A DNA stretch of 64,000 bases, taken from assembly GCA_036679605.1 (NCBI GenBank), contig JAZDCZ010000386.1, positions 32,001 to 96,000 on the forward strand, in the 5' to 3' direction. This document shows, in pieces, positions 9,364 through 18,188 of this stretch (positions are counted from its first letter, which is position 1; each line of letters starts with the position of its first letter). The notes below the pieces were generated by a model. The model ran no database searches. It was not told the DNA's origin and worked only from the letters and a program-made list of their open reading frames with translations. Source of the DNA: Gemmatimonadota bacterium. Lineage in GTDB: Bacteria > Gemmatimonadota > Gemmatimonadetes > Gemmatimonadales > GWC2-71-9. The position numbers were made by a program, and so were the translations under genes.

Positions 9364-11580
9364 TCACTTGCCCCGAAACGCTGCGACTATGCGTCGCAGA
9401 ACGAGTGGTGATAGTTTCTCGGAGCCACTGTCGGCAACCTTTACGCTCATGTTCTTGCCGGCCACCAAGACGGCCTCAAACTCGCTAAAGTATCGCGCAA
9501 GTTCCGGAATTCGTTCGAGCACCGCGAAATACGCCTCGCTGAACGGTACGACCACGATCACATCCAGCGAATCGGCGTGATTCATGTCGATCCAAGTACC
9601 CTGATCGTGGATGAACATCCGTCCTGCGACACTACGCACATTGGGACCGTGTCCGCGTCCGATCAGCACGTCCTCGGCGGCGTCCAGGTCTATCTGACTC
9701 CGTACCTCGCGTCTCTCAAGTGATTGCTGCGCCCTGTTGACGGCGGTGGCCCCAGAGGCTTTCCTGGCGACAGAGTCATGCATCCCGAGACCGGGGGCAG
9801 CTTGGAGCGATCTGACAGGCAGGATACCTGCTGCCACATCAACCGGTTCCTGGACCAGGTAAGATGTGTATTCGGAAATGAGCCCATAGCGCAGAGCCGT
9901 ACTCTTTATCTCCTCGATCAGTTCGTCGTTAGGACCGTTTAGACGAAGGGTCCGAGAGAGGTATCCGATCTTCCGGGAGGCCCACAGCCGTGGAATGAAA
10001 TCATTGCCCGATTGCCGGACAGGAAAACGTACGTCGGTTCCGAAACGCTCCACCCGATTGTTTCTGCGACCGGAGATAGTGAGAGTGCCCGAGCGATCTT
10101 GCCTGGAGGCACGATAGCGTCCGAACACTACTAGTTCTTCGCCGGCGAAGAGATCGGACAGGCGCTCGGGATAGATCTCGGTCAGTTCGACAGGGCTATC
10201 GTCCAGACTGAGATCGGCCAGAACAGGATGTTGGACTTTTGCCACCAGTTGACCGACCGCGCTTTCTACGCTCTCTCCAGGTCGTACGTACTCTGTAGAG
10301 CCGCGGCCTGCATCGGAGAGGCGATCCAATAGGTAAGTGTTGACGTCGTATCCCACGCCGAAGGCAAACACACGTGTGTCACCGCGAGCACGCTCTGCAA
10401 GTTGCGCGAGCAGTTCCGGATTCTGCTCACCAACCGATGGCAATCCGTCGGTGAGGAAAATGACCATCGGTAGCCGTCCGGATCTGCCGTCGAGGCGAAA
10501 GGCCTCGGTCAAAGCACCCTCGATGTTGGTGCCACCATCTGCGGAAAGATTCTCAACCCACTGGCGAGCGTCCTCGATTTGGGTGCCACGAGGACGACTC
10601 CAGTCCGTTTGGTAGGTTCGCACGCGACTGCTGAAGGCGATGAGCCTGAATCGGTCTGCAGGCTGCAATGACGATAACAGTTGCAGCAGTGCGAGCTTGG
10701 CTTGCTCTATCTTTTCGCCCGACATGGAGCCGGAGACATCTACTACGGCTGTGATGTCGCGCGGAAGAGTCGAACCCACGGCCGAGCCCGGGGACAGGGT
10801 CAGCATGAAGTATCCGTCTTCCCCGGCGGGCCGGTGCGTCGCGACCGTGACTCCCACAACGTCGCGTGCAAAAGGGAGAAACAGTGTAAAATCTCCGGTC
10901 AGGTCAGTCTCGGGGCGCACGGTGAGTTTTCCGTGTTCGTTACCGATTACCACGTCGTGCGTCGGTGAGAAGGGCCGTCCGAACGTGTCGCCGCTATCGG
11001 CAGTCAGCTTGAGTGACACCGGGGAGTCGTTGCGTCTGTGCAAGGGTCTCTGGTTCTCCACGGTAGCCGGTCGTCCTACAGTGGCACCGCCGCCGGCATA
11101 CTGAAATTGAAGAGCGTTGCCGGCCCGCTCGAGAACCTGGGTGTACCGCAGTGTGATCTTTCGACGCTCGCCGGGATTGATCGGAAATACCCGGGCCCTG
11201 ATCAGTCCGTGGCCTACTAATTCGATGAGTGCAGGGTCTTTTTTCCTTCGAACGATCGCCTGATAGATTTCACGCGCCGTCCGCGCATCCATCGTCTCGC
11301 CACGCAGTTCCCGATCGCCCTGGAACAGCGAAAAGTTGCTAAACACTGCCTCACCCGGGAGCGGGTAGAGGTAATCGCCCTCTCCCAGCCGCGGCCCCCT
11401 GTTTTGGAACCACTCCTCGATCTCTACGTGGGCGATCCGGCCCGTCACATGTACCGAAACTGTCGTTTGGACGCGTTCAACCCACGGCTGTCCGCGTCCA
11501 GGAAGAGGCTCGATCCAGCCTTGTGCCGCGAGCGGTCCCGCAAGCAGGCTGGCCGTTGCTATTGCCATTATCGTGCGCAT
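9364..11580 (-). CDS. Secreted VIT plus vWA domain protein (inter-alpha-trypsin inhibitor-like)
   Basis: Likely start 11580 with signal peptide; VIT motifs EGDYLYPLP and ARVFPINPGE; MIDAS DVSGSM, GGTNI, FLTDG. Confidence 0.88.
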   Translation of the reverse strand: MRTIMAIATASLLAGPLAAQGWIEPLPGRGQPWVERVQTTVSVHVTGRIAHVEIEEWFQNRGPRLGEGDYLYPLPGEAVFSNFSLFQGDRELRGETMDARTAREIYQAIVRRKKDPALIELVGHGLIRARVFPINPGERRKITLRYTQVLERAGNALQFQYAGGGATVGRPATVENQRPLHRRNDSPVSLKLTADSGDTFGRPFSPTHDVVIGNEHGKLTVRPETDLTGDFTLFLPFARDVVGVTVATHRPAGEDGYFMLTLSPGSAVGSTLPRDITAVVDVSGSMSGEKIEQAKLALLQLLSSLQPADRFRLIAFSSRVRTYQTDWSRPRGTQIEDARQWVENLSADGGTNIEGALTEAFRLDGRSGRLPMVIFLTDGLPSVGEQNPELLAQLAERARGDTRVFAFGVGYDVNTYLLDRLSDAGRGSTEYVRPGESVESAVGQLVAKVQHPVLADLSLDDSPVELTEIYPERLSDLFAGEELVVFGRYRASRQDRSGTLTISGRRNNRVERFGTDVRFPVRQSGNDFIPRLWASRKIGYLSRTLRLNGPNDELIEEIKSTALRYGLISEYTSYLVQEPVDVAAGILPVRSLQAAPGLGMHDSVARKASGATAVNRAQQSLERREVRSQIDLDAAEDVLIGRGHGPNVRSVAGRMFIHDQGTWIDMNHADSLDVIVVVPFSEAYFAVLERIPELARYFSEFEAVLVAGKNMSVKVADSGSEKLSPLVLRRIVAAFRGK

Positions 11581-11768
11581 TTTTACACCTCGTAGACTTG
11601 GTTCTATCTTGTAGGACGATTGAGGCGGCAATGTTTGCACATCGGTCAGGTGGGCTGTGGAGGGAACCTGGGAACCACCGGACCCCCGGGTGGGGTTAGC
11701 GGGTAGATTAGGCGGGAAAGGCGACTCCCACAGCCTGGGTTGCTATAAACGGAATACTGGAGATGTGA

Positions 11769-13922
11769 ATGACAGGTTCGAGGTATTGGCACGGAATTGG
11801 GATCGCACTAGCGACGTTGACGCTTGCCGCACCGGCAGCGGGTCAGAATGCGCGCAGGCCCACTCTTCTACAGAAATGGGATGTACTTGCGGCGCCTCAA
11901 GTCGATCTGTGGTATCACGCCCTGGCCATTATCGAATTCGACGATCGGGAAGACTTCCCGCTTTATAATCCGGAGTACGTGTCACGTGTTTGGGATGCGA
12001 AGCAGGAGCTTGGGATCTATCCCACCCGTCTAGACAGCCTTGCCGGCGAGCTACGGAAGGCATTTTCAAAGGACCCTGCATTTCAGCAATTCCATTTCCT
12101 CCCGCTCTATTTTCCGAAGGCGACACTCGAGCAAATGATGCAGTCGCTCAAGGCCATAGCCAAGAAACGCATCAAACAAGAGGGAATCTTGACCGACGAA
12201 ACGAGGCGCGGAATCCAGATCGTCTCGGGCACGTTTCAGAAGGGCGGTCAGCGCAAACTCCTCGCCAAGTTCGTGGACGCACTCGAGAATGAGTGGGATG
12301 TGTTCTACCGCGACTATTGGGAGCAGAACTTCGCTTCGGACTCGGGCTACTACACCAGGATCCAGCAGCGTTGGACAGACGAGGTGGCTCCGGCGATCGA
12401 ACCATTCCTAACGAAGCAGCGGCTGCAGGGAGGCAGAATCTTCATATCGCCGGCAGTGGGTCCGGAGGGGCGGCTATTTCAAGGAAACGTGTTTCGTCGT
12501 ACGGAGAGTGCTGTGGCGGTTTGGTGGCCCCAGTGGGATGACTTGGATGCCAGTCTGTTTTCTGCGGTCAGAGAGTTGTGCTTTTCGGTGGTGGATGACG
12601 CGATCGTCACAGCAGGAATAAGAGCTTCCGAAAAAGCTAGTAGCAACGCAGCAGTGCGGTGTGGCGCGATGCTGCTCGCGCAGGATGATCCCGAGGGTTT
12701 CGTGGAGTACAGACGATCTTTTTTGCGAGCGGTTGGGGTGGAGGCCGAGGGGCCGCAGTTGGCGAGCGCCTTCGAGGACGCATATGAGGTGGACGAAAGT
12801 TTGCTGGAAGCGCTTAGACGTCATGTACAGCCCGCGCCGCCCCGGACTACCGCACGCGCGGAGAGAAGTGGACGAGCTACCGAGCGCACTGATATTGGGC
12901 GCGCGCTTGGAGCTTCGCCTCGACGACGCCCCAGCACTGAGGCAAAGCCGGCGCGTACCGGTTGGACAGTGAAGGCGGAGCCGCAGACTGATCTTTGGTT
13001 CCATGCCTTGGCTGTGATTGCGGCCGACGAACCTGGCCCGTTAGGGCTCTACAGTGCTGATTACGCGTTGAAGATTCGGGAGATCAAACAGGCACGTGGC
13101 GTCTACCCGACAATGCTCGATTCTCTGGCGGGCACGCTGAGAAAGCAAATCGCGAAAGCGGACGTCCAGAATCTGCATTTCGTACCCCTCTGGTTCCCGG
13201 AGGTAAAGCCCGACCGTCTGTTCGAGGTTCTAAATGCGATTGCGGACGGCAATACCAGGGGCGCCACGTTTTCGCGGAGCGATGTCCGGGTGGGCGTTTT
13301 TCAAGTGGGGCAGTCTATGAGTAGGAATCACCGGTTGCTGCGCCAGTTGGTGAGGGCGATCGAGGACGAGTGGAATGTCTTTTATCGAGATTACTGGGAG
13401 AAACAGCGGGCGGACAGGGGGGCCCATAACGCCGAGATCCAGACGATGTGGGATTCAGTCATGGTGCCAAAGCTCGGCGAGTTTCTCAAACGGAGGAGAT
13501 TGAGTGCCGGGTTGATTATGCCGTCGCCCGGACTCGGACCTGAAGGGCGCATCATAGACATCGACAATTTTGACCCGGCAGACCAGATCGTGTCCATCCA
13601 GGTGCCGCCCACAACTACCCGGGCCGACGCCACAGTCTTCGCGTTCCTCAAAGAGCTGTGCTTCCTGATCATCAACGAAAGGGTCGTTGGGCCGCCCACC
13701 GGAGACGATCTCTTGTATGAGGATCTACGAAGGCGAACTGCGGTGAGGTGCGGTGCGCTCATCCTGGAGTTCTACGCTCCGACGCTCACGCCCCGCTACA
13801 GGAGGGTCTTCCTAGACGCTGTAGGAGCCGAAGAGAGCGCGACTCAGGCGGCGTTCGAACGTGTGTACATGCTCGATCCCAAGGTCTACCAGCGACTCCG
13901 GCAGGTAATAAGGGGCGGATGA
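11769..13922 (+). CDS. Secreted hypothetical protein made of two homologous ~320-aa domains
   Basis: Signal peptide; internal duplication is obvious (see findings); family not recognised. Confidence 0.8.
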   Translation: MTGSRYWHGIGIALATLTLAAPAAGQNARRPTLLQKWDVLAAPQVDLWYHALAIIEFDDREDFPLYNPEYVSRVWDAKQELGIYPTRLDSLAGELRKAFSKDPAFQQFHFLPLYFPKATLEQMMQSLKAIAKKRIKQEGILTDETRRGIQIVSGTFQKGGQRKLLAKFVDALENEWDVFYRDYWEQNFASDSGYYTRIQQRWTDEVAPAIEPFLTKQRLQGGRIFISPAVGPEGRLFQGNVFRRTESAVAVWWPQWDDLDASLFSAVRELCFSVVDDAIVTAGIRASEKASSNAAVRCGAMLLAQDDPEGFVEYRRSFLRAVGVEAEGPQLASAFEDAYEVDESLLEALRRHVQPAPPRTTARAERSGRATERTDIGRALGASPRRRPSTEAKPARTGWTVKAEPQTDLWFHALAVIAADEPGPLGLYSADYALKIREIKQARGVYPTMLDSLAGTLRKQIAKADVQNLHFVPLWFPEVKPDRLFEVLNAIADGNTRGATFSRSDVRVGVFQVGQSMSRNHRLLRQLVRAIEDEWNVFYRDYWEKQRADRGAHNAEIQTMWDSVMVPKLGEFLKRRRLSAGLIMPSPGLGPEGRIIDIDNFDPADQIVSIQVPPTTTRADATVFAFLKELCFLIINERVVGPPTGDDLLYEDLRRRTAVRCGALILEFYAPTLTPRYRRVFLDAVGAEESATQAAFERVYMLDPKVYQRLRQVIRGG

Positions 13923-13973
13923 CGCCGCTCGGAACCAGCGGGCTCGCCGTGCCGTTGCTGAGTGCAGAACGAT

Positions 13974-14741
13974 ATGCCACGTAGACGCAGAAAACCGAAC
14001 TTCGTATTGCCCCCACAGCCCAAGGTTTATGGCCGGGAGGTTGGAGGGTCGGTTGCGCTACACGTAATTGTCGTCTTCCTGATGATCTGGGGCGGTTTCC
14101 GAGCCGCTGCCCAGGCGGCCGGGTCCGGAGGCGGGCTGGGCCCGGTCGGCGGCGGAGGTGGAGGTGGTGCGCCCAAGATAACCTACGTTGAGCTGCCACC
14201 CTTTCCCGCTCAGCCAGCGGCCCCGAAGGTGGCGGTTCCAGACGAAGACCCATTGGTGATCAGGATTCCCCGGCCCGAGATTAAACAGATCGTCAGACCC
14301 AAGACCAGGCTCAAGATCGTGAGGCCGACCGGACCCATCCTGAAGGCAGTTAAGGTGGGGCGTGGGAAAGGTACTAGTGGAGGAGTCGGGTCCGTGGCCG
14401 GCTCGGGTGGCGGAAAAGGTACTGGTGTCGGAACCGGGGCCGGACACAATCGAGGTCCCGGCACAGGTGGGAAGGGCGGTGCAGTGCTTGCGCCCGAACC
14501 TCGTGCGGTGATCTATCCGACCGACGGACCTCCTCAGTCGCTCAGGGGAAGTGTCCTCAAGATCCACTTTTGGGTGGATATGCGCGGTAAGGTCACCAAG
14601 GTGGAGATCAAGCCCAAGATCAAGGACAAAACCTATCGCAAGGCGCTACTGGATCGCATGTACCAGTGGACATTTTATCCCGCGAGAACCGCCGACGGCT
14701 CTCCGGTCAAGGGCGAACTGGAAATAACGCACACGCCGTAG
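13974..14741 (+). CDS. TonB-like protein (TM anchor, Pro/Gly-rich linker, TonB-C-like domain)
   Basis: SVALH TM motif; poly-Gly; C-terminal FWVDMRGKVTKV...WTFYPARTADGSPV. Paralog of 49549-50286. Confidence 0.7.
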   Translation: MPRRRRKPNFVLPPQPKVYGREVGGSVALHVIVVFLMIWGGFRAAAQAAGSGGGLGPVGGGGGGGAPKITYVELPPFPAQPAAPKVAVPDEDPLVIRIPRPEIKQIVRPKTRLKIVRPTGPILKAVKVGRGKGTSGGVGSVAGSGGGKGTGVGTGAGHNRGPGTGGKGGAVLAPEPRAVIYPTDGPPQSLRGSVLKIHFWVDMRGKVTKVEIKPKIKDKTYRKALLDRMYQWTFYPARTADGSPVKGELEITHTP

Positions 14742-14748
14742 GAGGTAG

Positions 14749-15573
14749 CTAGATCAGGCGGCACCCTGGATGGCCGGTCTCGTCTGGTCCGAAATCCGGC
14801 CACTCGTAGCATAGCGAAGGCTTTGCCCGCTGGCCGTTGGGCAGGATTCTGTCGTGCAGCCGGCAACCAGTGCCGTCTTCGGCCAGGTATCCACATGCCG
14901 ATAGCACCTCACACTCCATGGTCTCGTCGTCTTCACGCTTCACCTTGCAGAGGTAAGGGGACTTGCGGGCACGTAGCAGGGCCTCGAGTCGTCGCTGAGA
15001 AGAAGCTAGAAACACCTCGAGCGTGAGATCGCGACAGCATGCCGAGCCCTTGGTGTTATCGCCTGTGCGGCACGGGGCGTCGATGCAGGGGTTGTCAGAC
15101 TGAAGCACGGGAAGCGAGCGCTGCGCGGCCCGTTTGAGACGGAGATCGAGTTTTCGTCTCCTGTTCTTGTAGAAGATGGAGAACCGATTCTCGCCCAATA
15201 TCACCTTAAAGTCCTGCGCTGGTAGCTGAGTGCTCGCGGGCAACGGGCCGCGGAACCCATGTGCACTGCAGCGGACAACCTGCTTCTTCTTGTCGTTGGT
15301 GTGGTAGTTGGGCAGTCCGTCAGGTCGCACGGCAGGTTCGCCGGACGAAGTCCTTAGGTACTTGCACGGCACGTGGACCGTGCCCTCCACTCTGAGGTCG
15401 GAGCCAACGACATAGGGTTTGCCCCAGGTGATTCTCTCGGTGTGTCCCGTCATCCAGGTCACCGACGCGTCTTGGAGCGACCGACTTTCATCGTCGATGT
15501 CGGAGACACCGATTGTGAGAGTCAATTCACGGCACTGTCGGCCGAGCGATTTGCAGCGGGGAGGTGTTGGCAT
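14749..15573 (-). CDS. Cysteine-cluster protein, YkgJ/CxxCxxCC-like (Fe-S or Zn binding)
   Basis: C-terminal CIDAPC...ACC, CGYL, CRLH, KPSLCYEWP; a second degenerate Cys set in the N-terminal half. Confidence 0.6.
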   Translation of the reverse strand: MPTPPRCKSLGRQCRELTLTIGVSDIDDESRSLQDASVTWMTGHTERITWGKPYVVGSDLRVEGTVHVPCKYLRTSSGEPAVRPDGLPNYHTNDKKKQVVRCSAHGFRGPLPASTQLPAQDFKVILGENRFSIFYKNRRRKLDLRLKRAAQRSLPVLQSDNPCIDAPCRTGDNTKGSACCRDLTLEVFLASSQRRLEALLRARKSPYLCKVKREDDETMECEVLSACGYLAEDGTGCRLHDRILPNGQRAKPSLCYEWPDFGPDETGHPGCRLI

Positions 15574-15722
15574 TGTGTATAGAAATCCTTGAGTGGCGCC
15601 CCAAGGCCTGGGTCAATGAGAGGACGGGTTGCACATGGACGCAAGACAAGTTCGTATTTTTACGCCAAAGTTCAAGGTGTACGTTCGTGGGGCACTTCCG
15701 TCTGACTCGCCGGTATTTACAT

Positions 15723-15740
15723 TTGTGAACAGTTTCAAGA
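15723..15740 (+). promoter_or_regulatory. Rex-box-like (or CRP/FNR-like) imperfect palindrome
   Basis: TTGTGAA-CAGT-TTCAAGA matches 12 of 14 positions of the Rex consensus TTGTGAA-N4-TTCACAA; lies in an AT-rich intergenic patch upstream of the cupredoxin gene. Confidence 0.45.
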
Positions 15741-15811
15741 ACTAAGAGGAGTCCCGATGCGGTCCGGTCGGGACCATTTTTCTGATGGAGACACACTGAG
15801 GAGTTGGCATT

Positions 15812-16294
15812 ATGAGGAAGGCAATGGCAGCGCTTGCGCTGCTTACGATGGCATGTGGTGGTGGGGAACAAGCTGCTCAGGAAGACGAGCAGCTTGCGGC
15901 AGCCCCGCAGACCGGCGTTGCGACCGCCGCGACTGCGCCAGGGACTGGGGTAGTACACGAGATTCAGATGATGCAGAACCCGGACGGGAACTATATGTTC
16001 CAGCCAGCCGCTTTGACTATCAAGGTTGGTGACACGGTACGCTGGATCAACGTAAGCGGATTTCCGCACAATGTGGCCTTTTACGAGGACAAGATCCCAC
16101 AGGGAGCAGCGGATCAGCTAGCATCCCTACTCCCTACTGAGGGCAAGTTGGGTCCTCTTCTGGGAGCATTGCTCACGCAGGCCGATGAGACCTTTGAGGT
16201 ATCCTTTATCAACGTTCCAGCGGGAAGCTACGGGTACTTCTGCGTGCCGCACGAGGCTCTCGGAATGGTCGCGAGCCTAACGATCGAGCAGTAG
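15812..16294 (+). CDS. Plastocyanin/azurin-family type-1 blue copper lipoprotein
   Basis: Lipobox MAC; PHNVAF and YFCVPHEALGM supply the His/Cys/His/Met ligands. Confidence 0.9.
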   Translation: MRKAMAALALLTMACGGGEQAAQEDEQLAAAPQTGVATAATAPGTGVVHEIQMMQNPDGNYMFQPAALTIKVGDTVRWINVSGFPHNVAFYEDKIPQGAADQLASLLPTEGKLGPLLGALLTQADETFEVSFINVPAGSYGYFCVPHEALGMVASLTIEQ

Positions 16295-16436
16295 GAACAT
16301 TGGAACGTCCCTGTCTCTGGCTCCCGACCGCGCTGGGCCTGAGACGGAGGCACAATTAGCGAAGGGATCTGCACTGACGCGCATAATATCACTTCTGTTC
16401 AAGCGGAAATATGGCAACCAAGTCTGGGACGCCTTC

Positions 16437-17066
16437 TTGAGACTAACAGGCCTGGCCGCACTCGTTGCAATTCCCTTGGCCGAACTGGCTCCGCGAGCGG
16501 GAGGAATGGTGGGCTTCGCAGTCCTCACCATCTGGGTGAACGGTCCGATTTCCCCATTCCTGCCGTCAACTTACGAGCCGATGCTGATGGTTGTGGGTCG
16601 CGTGTACGAGCCGCTGCTGGTAGCCGTGGTCGGGACGCTGGGCACTATTTATGTCGAGTATCTGAACTACCACCTCTATCGGCGGATCATGACTCTAAAG
16701 GTCCTCGACCGGACAAAGCAGAACCAGAGTGTAAGGAAAGTGCTGCGTCTCTATTCGCGTGCGCCATTCTTCACGGTCTGGATATGTAGCTGGTCCATTT
16801 TCCCCTATTGGCCGGTGCGCTTCATGTCGCCGCTTGTCGGGTACGATGTGCGGCGTCACCTGTTCGCAACGCTTCTGGGAAGGTTCCCTCGCATTTGGTT
16901 CTTTGCGGCACTCGGTACATGGTGGAGCGTGAGTGTAGGGGCCCTATCAATGTGGTCCGCGGGGTCCATAACCCTTGCACTCCTGGTTTACTGGGTTAAG
17001 CGCCGACGTACAAAGGCGGCCAAGAGCCGTAAGGAGCTTGTTACGTTGGAGGTGGCGGAAGGATGA
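16437..17066 (+). CDS. DedA/VTT (SNARE-associated) family membrane protein
   Basis: Hydrophobic; PFLPSTYEP, VGTLGT, LFATLLGRFPR. Start uncertain because the frame is open from 16281. Confidence 0.7.
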   Translation: MRLTGLAALVAIPLAELAPRAGGMVGFAVLTIWVNGPISPFLPSTYEPMLMVVGRVYEPLLVAVVGTLGTIYVEYLNYHLYRRIMTLKVLDRTKQNQSVRKVLRLYSRAPFFTVWICSWSIFPYWPVRFMSPLVGYDVRRHLFATLLGRFPRIWFFAALGTWWSVSVGALSMWSAGSITLALLVYWVKRRRTKAAKSRKELVTLEVAEG

Positions 17067-18160
17067 TCTCCCCGTTTGGAACAAGATTGGCGGTAGCAGT
17101 CGTCACCACATTCTTGGTCACGCAAGCGGCGCCGGCCCAGGAGGCCACGAAGGTTCGATTGGTAAACGACGACAAGAATAACGAATTCGTGGTTATTGTC
17201 GGACCGATCGACCTTCCCGCCGGCATGATGCATTCGCACGGTGCACACGGTGCCGTGTTCCCGCCGGTTCAAACCGTTACAATCCCTGAGAGCGTCTACC
17301 TCACTGGGTTCAGTTACGAGGTGGTGGACGGCGAAGGTAAGGGTGTTCCGGCGGAAACGTTGCATCACTTCAATCTGATCAACCCGGACAATCGTGAGCT
17401 GTTTCTGCCGATCTCCCAGAGGATGCTTGCTGTTGGGAGTGAGACCGGCGAGCAGTCGATGCCTTGGTTGTTGCTGGGATATCCGGTGCCCGAGGGCACC
17501 CGAATGGTTGTTGCTTCGATGATGCACAATCCCACCGGCGAGTCATACTCCGGTGCGGAGGTGCGGGTACACTTGAAGTACGTCAAGGCGGGGCGGCCGT
17601 GGCCTTTGTTCAGTGTCTATCCGTTCCAGATGGATGTGGCGTTTCCAGCCGGCGACAAGTCGGTCGACCTGCCGCCAGGCAAATCACAGTTTTTCTACGA
17701 GGCTAGTCCGGCCAAGGAAGGTCGGATCATGGTGATCGGCTCGCACCTACATGCTCTTGCAGAGAGCATCCGGTTTTACGATGTGACCGAGAACAAGCTG
17801 ATCTGGGAAGGTCTCCCGGTCGAAAACGAGGCTGGCGAGCTAACGGGTGTGACGATCGGGCGCCTGTACAAGAGGATGGGTGTGAAGGTGTACCCCGACC
17901 ACAAATACCGTGTCAGTGTGACCTATGACAACCCCGGTACAGACACACTGTACGGGGGGGGGATGGGTGTGGTCGCAGGCGTATTTATGCCATCGGGCGG
18001 GGGAATGTGGCCCCGGGCTAACAAAGACGATGAACTGTATATCTTGGACCGGCAGCACTATCTGCGTGAGGTGCGAGGTGCGTATGAATTGATTGTGGGT
18101 GGTGGTGGAGTGTTACAGCCAGCTGCAGCCGATACTTCACATGGGGAACACGAGCATTAG
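17063..18160 (+). CDS. Secreted copper type II (PHM/DBH-like) monooxygenase homolog
   Basis: Signal peptide; H101-H102, H155, H228-x-H230 and M301 have PHM-like spacing; His-rich N- and C-terminal patches. Confidence 0.68.
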   Translation: MISPFGTRLAVAVVTTFLVTQAAPAQEATKVRLVNDDKNNEFVVIVGPIDLPAGMMHSHGAHGAVFPPVQTVTIPESVYLTGFSYEVVDGEGKGVPAETLHHFNLINPDNRELFLPISQRMLAVGSETGEQSMPWLLLGYPVPEGTRMVVASMMHNPTGESYSGAEVRVHLKYVKAGRPWPLFSVYPFQMDVAFPAGDKSVDLPPGKSQFFYEASPAKEGRIMVIGSHLHALAESIRFYDVTENKLIWEGLPVENEAGELTGVTIGRLYKRMGVKVYPDHKYRVSVTYDNPGTDTLYGGGMGVVAGVFMPSGGGMWPRANKDDELYILDRQHYLREVRGAYELIVGGGGVLQPAAADTSHGEHEH

Positions 18161-18188
18161 TGGTCTGCGCGGCCGACGTTACAGGCCA

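Noticed and set aside
14120..14480. Gly-rich low-complexity DNA as a repeat element
   Set aside because: Explained by the protein linker; codons are mixed.
16281..16436. Non-canonical (ATT/CTG) upstream start for the DedA gene
   Set aside because: The frame is open, but no well-spaced RBS supports such a start and TTG 16437 is plausible.
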